A stretch of DNA of 64,000 nucleotides, from the IMG/VR virus record IMGVR_UViG_3300029286_000009, positions 195,733 to 259,732 of that record; one strand, 5' to 3'. Made by a program: the position numbers and the translations under genes. Positions 58,079 through 64,000 of this stretch are shown here, in pieces (the stretch's first letter is position 1; each line of letters opens with the position of its first letter). The notes below the pieces were generated by a model, which had not been told where the DNA came from, searched no databases, and was given only the letters and a program-made list of their open reading frames with translations.

Positions 58079-58633
58079 GTGGAGGATATTACTATGGCAT
58101 ATCTAGCAAGGAACATTAGTGGAAAGTATGCAATTTTATTAAAGGAACAGGTCAAACCGGATGCTACAATCGATCTGGAGACCATTTTTGAGGGGTTTTG
58201 TAAACCCAAGAGAACTGCTAAGGCAGGTATCATCGGAAATTCGGAATTCACTCGTGATCAGTTTCCTGTATTTTTGGACTGGGTACAGGATATTGCGGAC
58301 CCGAGACTATGGGCTTTTGAGTTCGATGGCACAATCTCGCTTTCTCCTGCAAAACGTAATCGTATAGCACAGGGAAGCACACAGAAGCGTAAGAGACAGA
58401 ATGTTTTTGCTGTTCGGGAGACCCGCCGAAAGATGGATACCGCTGGATTGACTCCTAAACAGATTGCTTTGCTGCCTGCGGATGACGTTGGGAAAAGCAC
58501 TATTGAAGACTGCGTAGATTTGAGAAAGCTTAAGGCAGCCCTCAGCATGGCAAAAAATTTAGCGGGGCAGGAACGTGTGCGGGGTTGGTTGGAAGACCGA
58601 TTACAGGAATTAGCGACCGAAGGAGTGTCATAA
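58079..58633 (+). CDS. hypothetical protein (late region)
   Basis: Operon context. Confidence 0.55.
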   Translation: MEDITMAYLARNISGKYAILLKEQVKPDATIDLETIFEGFCKPKRTAKAGIIGNSEFTRDQFPVFLDWVQDIADPRLWAFEFDGTISLSPAKRNRIAQGSTQKRKRQNVFAVRETRRKMDTAGLTPKQIALLPADDVGKSTIEDCVDLRKLKAALSMAKNLAGQERVRGWLEDRLQELATEGVS

Positions 58634-58635
58634 AA

Positions 58636-59187
58636 ATGGACTTGGTCCCGGCAAGTTTTAAAGAAGAGTTTAAAAAGTTTCAGAAACAGTTAGTATTAAA
58701 TCTGAGTAAAGATATCATTATTGGCTTTGACAGTGTTCTAGTAGAGACATGTCCTAATTGTTTCTACGACCACATGTCAGAATCTTCTGATGCTCAGTAT
58801 AACGCTTCTTTTGTCGGGACCAAAACTCTTTTTGTGGGCACCGCTTATGAAAAGATAGTAACTTCTACATCTTTTAGGCACCTATGCCCTGTATGCCGTG
58901 GTAAGGGTATTTTAAGTATTCCTAATGAGAAAACTATAAAAGCACATGTAATATGGGAACTTAAGCAAGAGTCTCCTGATTCTCCAGTAGGAACTCTTGA
59001 GCAAGACTTGGTTTCTTTAAAAGCTGACAGTAAGTATTTTGATGATTTTTGTAGTGCGAAATATTTTATTGTTGATGGTAGGACACTTGTTGGGCGTGAC
59101 TATCCTGTACCACGTGGGATGGGATCTATTGATGGAATAGTAGAGATTGTTTGTGCTACCGCCGATAGTAGTGAGGAGATTGTATAG
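58636..59187 (+). CDS. putative head-tail connector/neck protein
   Basis: CPNC...CPVCRGKG pattern and position typical of large-phage neck genes. Confidence 0.5.
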   Translation: MDLVPASFKEEFKKFQKQLVLNLSKDIIIGFDSVLVETCPNCFYDHMSESSDAQYNASFVGTKTLFVGTAYEKIVTSTSFRHLCPVCRGKGILSIPNEKTIKAHVIWELKQESPDSPVGTLEQDLVSLKADSKYFDDFCSAKYFIVDGRTLVGRDYPVPRGMGSIDGIVEIVCATADSSEEIV

Positions 59188-59792
59188 TGGGGCAGGAAGT
59201 AACAAAGTTTTCGGACCAATTGCGACAAGCTATACTAAGTTATATGGGGTCGGACCAGCCTGGGGGTAAACAAGTTATCGGTGCTTTTTTGGAAGAGTTT
59301 GAAGATTTATCCGACCGCTCCCCGCAGGATGACCCCACTAATATAAAAAATCATTTGGGGTTTATTGTAAAGCATTTAAAGGAAACATGGGACGAGAGTC
59401 TAAGGCTAACTGAAGACGGCAGCCTAGAGGTAGGTCTGTGCAAGGATGAGGTGTTGGGATACACTGAAGATAGAACTAAGTTACTGCACACCCCAGTTCC
59501 TGTGGCTTGGTTAGTCTATTTAATTAGAGGTATTGGCGGGAGATACGCATTTGTAGGACCAGATATCTATTTTGCTAAAAAAGGAGAACCAATGCCGGCT
59601 GTGTATAATGGTGGGTTTCTTATTAGCGAGAGTGCATGGGAACGGGAAGGTTGGTATACGGTAGGTAGTTTTGAACAGTATGAGCATCCTGCTTCTGGTG
59701 CTTCTCCTATCCCGTTCTTTCGGGATGCGATGGAAAAGGTAGATATACAATCTATCGTGTCTGAGGCTATAAATAAATATGAAGGAGAATAA
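59187..59792 (+). CDS. putative neck/tail completion protein
   Basis: HPASGASPIPFF C-terminus; position. Confidence 0.45.
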   Translation: MGQEVTKFSDQLRQAILSYMGSDQPGGKQVIGAFLEEFEDLSDRSPQDDPTNIKNHLGFIVKHLKETWDESLRLTEDGSLEVGLCKDEVLGYTEDRTKLLHTPVPVAWLVYLIRGIGGRYAFVGPDIYFAKKGEPMPAVYNGGFLISESAWEREGWYTVGSFEQYEHPASGASPIPFFRDAMEKVDIQSIVSEAINKYEGE

Positions 59793-59794
59793 GG

Positions 59795-60649
59795 ATGCTT
59801 ACTCATTTGAAAAAGTTACGGGTGCGGGATAAAAACGCAGATAATACGGTATTATTTTTCCATGTCCCCAAAACTGGCGGGACAACTTTTTGTAAATTGT
59901 TGGAACGGATGTTTGATGGGGGATTTAAACGTTTGATTGGTGCTGAGTTAAAAAATGCCATGGGCAATTACCCCCGTTCATTAGGGTATCGTGCTTTCGC
60001 CGGGCATTTTTCGCTGGCAAATTTGGGGTATGTTAACTGGATTGTGCCTATTACCCACCTTACACTTCTACGAGAACCTGTTGATCGAGTTTTATCTCAG
60101 TATTATTTCTTAAGAGCAAATAAAGAGCATGACGCACATTCAATCGCGATAAAATACTCTATCAAGGAAATCTACGAACTCGGTCTTGGAGAACGAATGG
60201 GAATGCAGAACTTGCAGGTTAATCTTTTTTCTTCATTACCTAAGATTGATTATAATTCACGAAGAGAATTAATGTATGCTAAAGAAAATTTAGTAAATTT
60301 ATTTACTTCATTCGGAGTTACTGAAAAGTATGAAGAATTCATTCAAATGTGCAATCAGGATTTTGGGTGGGCTCTTCAAGATATACCAAGACTCAATCCT
60401 ACTATCCGCCCAGCTATACAGGATGAGCCACCCGAGATAATAAACCTTATTCGTGCTCACAACCAACTTGATGCTGAATTTTACGATTATGCTCTTACGT
60501 GTTACGAGAAGAACAAGGTGGATTATGTTTTTGTATCAATTGCTCCCGTTGTGGAAAAGGAATTTCGAGAAGTTGTTTCAGCGGCACCGCTTACTTGGGC
60601 TAGGATAAAAGCCTGGTTTAAGAAAATTTTTGGCGGGGGTCAAGGATGA
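59795..60649 (+). CDS. PAPS-dependent sulfotransferase family protein
   Basis: 5'-PSB FFHVPKTGGTT; 3'-PB LREPVDRVLSQY; GVTEKY; NQLDAEFY. Confidence 0.85.
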   Translation: MLTHLKKLRVRDKNADNTVLFFHVPKTGGTTFCKLLERMFDGGFKRLIGAELKNAMGNYPRSLGYRAFAGHFSLANLGYVNWIVPITHLTLLREPVDRVLSQYYFLRANKEHDAHSIAIKYSIKEIYELGLGERMGMQNLQVNLFSSLPKIDYNSRRELMYAKENLVNLFTSFGVTEKYEEFIQMCNQDFGWALQDIPRLNPTIRPAIQDEPPEIINLIRAHNQLDAEFYDYALTCYEKNKVDYVFVSIAPVVEKEFREVVSAAPLTWARIKAWFKKIFGGGQG

Positions 60650-61449
60650 ATTTAACTCGTCAAGAAGACATTAGTCTTTATTTGTATATTAAAGATGTTG
60701 TTTTGGGGCCGCATTACGCCGAGACCGAGACAGGGCAGTCTTTAACTCAAGTATCCACCGGGTTGTGGGATATCGGTTATGGAGACAATACTGATACTAC
60801 ACACTATCCTTTTAAACGTAGTGATTCGTCTGGACGAGGTAGAGGGCTTTTATACTTTGACTATGTTGGGGAGACTAGTATTTTTGGTAGTGAACAAACT
60901 GGTATTGTGAATATATATAATGGTGCTGTAACTGCTTCTGGTTACAGAGTCAATTATTTAGCAGGGCAGATTGAGAGCAACGATGATTTAAGTAGTTACT
61001 CTGTTGACTACGAGTGGAACTATGTTTCAGTTCTTGACGCGTGGCCCCGCGACAATGTGCCCTTTTTGCCTGTCGTGTCTATCGAACTACAAAGGGGGCA
61101 ACCTCTTCCTCTACAACTAGGGGGTGGTGATATACGTGAAGGCTATTGGAACCTTCAAATATTTGGTAAGAATAAAGGAGAACGGGATGACTTGATGGAT
61201 ATTATTTTTGCGGGCCTTGACTCACGGCGTTGCCCCATGTATACGTTTCCCAGTGGTTTGCCTTTGATAGGCGGGGGCTTTTATAATGGGTTATTCTCTA
61301 CGACCGTACACACGGAATATACTTCTTTGTTTTTTGAGAATGTGAAAAAAAAGCTGTCTGGGCTACCACAATGGGCTTTCTATGAAAAGGAACAGATAAA
61401 TCGTTATCGTGCGGAAATCACTTTCGAAACCAAAACGTACAGATGGTAA
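60646..61449 (+). CDS. putative tail terminator/completion protein
   Basis: LPVVSIEL..LQLGG...IFGKNKGERDDL; precedes the major tail protein. Confidence 0.55.
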   Translation: MNLTRQEDISLYLYIKDVVLGPHYAETETGQSLTQVSTGLWDIGYGDNTDTTHYPFKRSDSSGRGRGLLYFDYVGETSIFGSEQTGIVNIYNGAVTASGYRVNYLAGQIESNDDLSSYSVDYEWNYVSVLDAWPRDNVPFLPVVSIELQRGQPLPLQLGGGDIREGYWNLQIFGKNKGERDDLMDIIFAGLDSRRCPMYTFPSGLPLIGGGFYNGLFSTTVHTEYTSLFFENVKKKLSGLPQWAFYEKEQINRYRAEITFETKTYRW

Positions 61450-61659
61450 CTAGGTATAGTTGATATTTTGTGTATCATCCAAACAAATTTAACTATCTTT
61501 TTGTCTAGGACAGGTATTACATGATTTTTTGATAGGCAAGGTATGTGCGGATTGGATATTACCTAAAAGGATTGATGCCCGTTAGCGGAGCCCCCACAGC
61601 AACATCTAGTTGGCATCAGTAAAAAATGGAGCTTTTCATTTCTTAGGAGGAAATAGAAT

Positions 61660-63375
61660 ATGGCTACTAAACGTAACAGAATTATGTATGCCTCTCAGGC
61701 TGTTTCTGTTAATGGGCATCGCCTATACCGGGCACAGACTTTGGGATGCAATACAACTTTTACGGCTGAGGACGTATTTGAATTGGGTCACCTTGACAGG
61801 ATTGACGTTGTTGATGACGTCCCTGCAGTAGCGGTAGCTTTGGATACCAATGCATGGGGCGATGTTGATACAATGGCGGTCTTGGCTGGTATGAACCCGC
61901 TACGCATGGTAGGCACACCCACAGTTAGTGGTGCTTATATACGTACAGATGTGTCCTGCACCGGCTCAGGTGTTGCTAGATATTATCATGGTGTTTCTCT
62001 TGCCGACTTTACTCTGTCTAATGGTGTCAAAGTTTGGGCCCCAGTACAGGAAGAGGCGTCATTGGGCACTTTAGATGATGAGATCCAAATGTCTCTTTTT
62101 ATGGATAAGGTTTTTGTTAACTCAATGACCCTTACCTATAATGTTGGGGCTAATGCAACTGAGAACTACGCCGCGGAAACTGACAACAAGATGTGGTTGG
62201 TTAATAATGGGCGTTTTATTTCTAAGGAAGTTTGGACTATTTATGCACCGCAGAATAGCCAGGCTGTCACAATAGGTCTTACTCCTAGTACTGACACTAT
62301 TCCTCTTCTGTCCAACTGTAAGCGTGCTTTCTTGTCGTGGACTACAATGGGTATAGAAGGTGTTGTAGTTAAGGCGTATGGTGATCGCGATGGTACCGTC
62401 TATGAGGTTGCAGATGCAGCCGCCGCTAGTATCTTTGGTTACAATGATACTACTCATGTACTGACATTCCCAACTGATGCTGCAACCTTGTTCCCAGCAG
62501 CTGCGAAGGGCTATAAACTAGAGGCTACCTATGCTGCTAGTGCCTTTGCAACTTCGCAGGGTGATGCTGATGAAGTGTATGCCAAGTACTTCGAGCTAGT
62601 TAGTGCTTCTACCGCTCCCGACAATCCTGCTGGGCATCATGCCGAGGATCTAGGGGCTATTAGGCAGGGTCAGATTGAAGTTTATTTGATCGATCCGGAC
62701 CTACTTAGTGGTAAGACCAATAACGATTGGAGTATGCAACTTCGTATGCAGACCATTACTATTACCGCGAATCCAGCTCGTACAGCTCAGAATGAGATTG
62801 GTCACCAAAGACCTTATGCTCGTTCAATGAACTTTCCGGTTGAAATCACGACTAATACTACGGTTACTGCGGCTGACCTTGAGAAGCACGCAATTCTATC
62901 GGGTCTTACGCCTGCTGACTATGAGTCAGGGGGGGATGGGATAGATCTTACTTTAACCCATCTTGCATCTAAGACTAACCTTATTGCTGTTATCAAAGTC
63001 TTCCAGCAAACTGATGAGGAAGCTGGTGGAACAGGTATGCGGCGTAAGGCTATGCAGTCTAGTTTAGTGGGCGAGGAATACTATGACTGGGATGGTACTG
63101 CTACTTATCCAACCTTTGACCCAGATACTTCTGGTCACGTTGGTTCTTGTACCGATCCTCCGCGTGAACGCCCGTTGAAGACTGTTATTGTTCCTGGGCT
63201 CAAGCTTACCGCTGAGAACTTTAACAATGCAGTTGGTGGTGGACGAGGCGGTGGGGCTGGTGCCACTCAGGAATTTAACTTCCGAAGTGTTAACGAGCTC
63301 TACGTCGTAAAGGGCGATGTGGACATTCATGACGTTCCTTGTATTGAGAGAAACTCATCTGCTGACCAGTTCTAA
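61660..63375 (+). CDS. major tail (tube) protein
   Basis: RNRIMY..RAQT..EDVFELGHL; NEIG..PYAR..FPVEIT; strong RBS and downstream terminator. Confidence 0.65.
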   Translation: MATKRNRIMYASQAVSVNGHRLYRAQTLGCNTTFTAEDVFELGHLDRIDVVDDVPAVAVALDTNAWGDVDTMAVLAGMNPLRMVGTPTVSGAYIRTDVSCTGSGVARYYHGVSLADFTLSNGVKVWAPVQEEASLGTLDDEIQMSLFMDKVFVNSMTLTYNVGANATENYAAETDNKMWLVNNGRFISKEVWTIYAPQNSQAVTIGLTPSTDTIPLLSNCKRAFLSWTTMGIEGVVVKAYGDRDGTVYEVADAAAASIFGYNDTTHVLTFPTDAATLFPAAAKGYKLEATYAASAFATSQGDADEVYAKYFELVSASTAPDNPAGHHAEDLGAIRQGQIEVYLIDPDLLSGKTNNDWSMQLRMQTITITANPARTAQNEIGHQRPYARSMNFPVEITTNTTVTAADLEKHAILSGLTPADYESGGDGIDLTLTHLASKTNLIAVIKVFQQTDEEAGGTGMRRKAMQSSLVGEEYYDWDGTATYPTFDPDTSGHVGSCTDPPRERPLKTVIVPGLKLTAENFNNAVGGGRGGGAGATQEFNFRSVNELYVVKGDVDIHDVPCIERNSSADQF

Positions 63376-63404
63376 TCAGAACTAACAGCAAGTTGGGAAA
63401 AGGT

Positions 63405-63434
63405 GGGGGAGGTATTAACTACCTCCCCCTTTTT
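63405..63434 (+). terminator. Rho-independent terminator
   Basis: GGGGGAGGTA-TTAAC-TACCTCCCCC followed by a T-run. Confidence 0.85.
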
Positions 63435-63460
63435 AGGACAGAGTAAGGAGGGATTAGGAC

Positions 63461-63742
63461 ATGGCTATTGAAGAAACGGAACTTCAAAGAAAGAGCAGAG
63501 CCAAGCTCGCAAAGACTGTACAGGATGTACAGAAAAAGGCTTACGGACAGATTTTGGATCAGGTGGAAAGTGTGGTAATTGCCCTTGCTGGTAACCCCGA
63601 AGCATTCAAACCCCTCAGATCAAAAATCCTTCGTGCCTCCAATGATGCCGTAAGGCAGCTCGAGAAAGAACTAGAAAGATCATATACTATAGAGTATGTG
63701 CCTACTGCGGAAGACTTTATTGAAGTAAGACACGTAAAATAA
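63461..63742 (+). CDS. hypothetical protein (tail region)
   Basis: RBS; FKPLRSKILR. Confidence 0.6.
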   Translation: MAIEETELQRKSRAKLAKTVQDVQKKAYGQILDQVESVVIALAGNPEAFKPLRSKILRASNDAVRQLEKELERSYTIEYVPTAEDFIEVRHVK

Positions 63743-63763
63743 TTTTGGTGGAGGAATTGGAAT

Positions 63764-64000
63764 ATGGCAGACAACAGGAATAAGGCAGAACAGGAACTTC
63801 AGAATCTATTTGATGATAAGAGGTTCTTTCTTTATGAGGGTGAAAAGTATTATATTGATAACCCTTCTATAGATGATGCTAGGGCGGCTGATTGGATGTA
63901 TAGTCGTACATACAATGAAGCGTTACTCGCCGGTGTCACTACAGAGGCACAAATGGAAGAGATACTTGAGGAGCGGGGGCTATTGGGTAAGGCTTACGAA
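63764..64000 (+). CDS. partial CDS, probable tail assembly chaperone
   Basis: MADNRNK...ADWMYSRTYNEALLAG; runs off the window edge. Confidence 0.5.
   Translation, partial: MADNRNKAEQELQNLFDDKRFFLYEGEKYYIDNPSIDDARAADWMYSRTYNEALLAGVTTEAQMEEILEERGLLGKAYE

Noticed and set aside
1-64000. Alternative genetic code (stop-codon reassignment)
   Set aside because: Long genes are intact in code 11, and TAA, TAG and TGA all terminate genes at plausible boundaries.

Overview
A 64-kb segment of a large tailed dsDNA bacteriophage (Caudoviricetes; standard genetic code). The host is probably a Gram-negative anaerobe, inferred from the spanin-like pair and a Desulfobacterota/Syntrophales-style kinase. Positions 1-15.9 kb are a leftward block of small early/accessory genes: GIY-YIG, M23 lipoprotein, vWA, HNH, metacaspase, HicB-like protein and an N4-C methyltransferase. 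A repeat-rich strand-switch region lies at about 16 kb. The rightward genes begin with GroES, HU, a pseudo-receiver, an enlarged tmRNA, two antirepressor-HNH fusions, a DnaX/HolA-like clamp loader, Map and a volactin-like actin. They continue with the morphogenesis module: terminase, portal, head protease, about 9.5 kb of Ser-Gly-rich fibre genes, scaffold, major capsid, lysis cassette, neck and tail genes. Three IS200/IS605-family elements (two TnpB, one IscB with omegaRNA) and one IscB remnant are inserted, and their junctions can be reconstructed. The most striking features are (1) a complete cytoplasmic two-component system (single-domain receiver plus REC-3xPAS-GAF hybrid kinase) coupled directly behind the lysis genes, (2) an archaeal-volactin-like actin with a putative adaptor, (3) a ~518-nt tmRNA with a 25-codon tag that does not end in AA, and (4) a pervasive T-x-S-G motif in outer virion proteins alongside a sulfotransferase in the structural operon. 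All family assignments are from motif recognition by eye; no searches were run.
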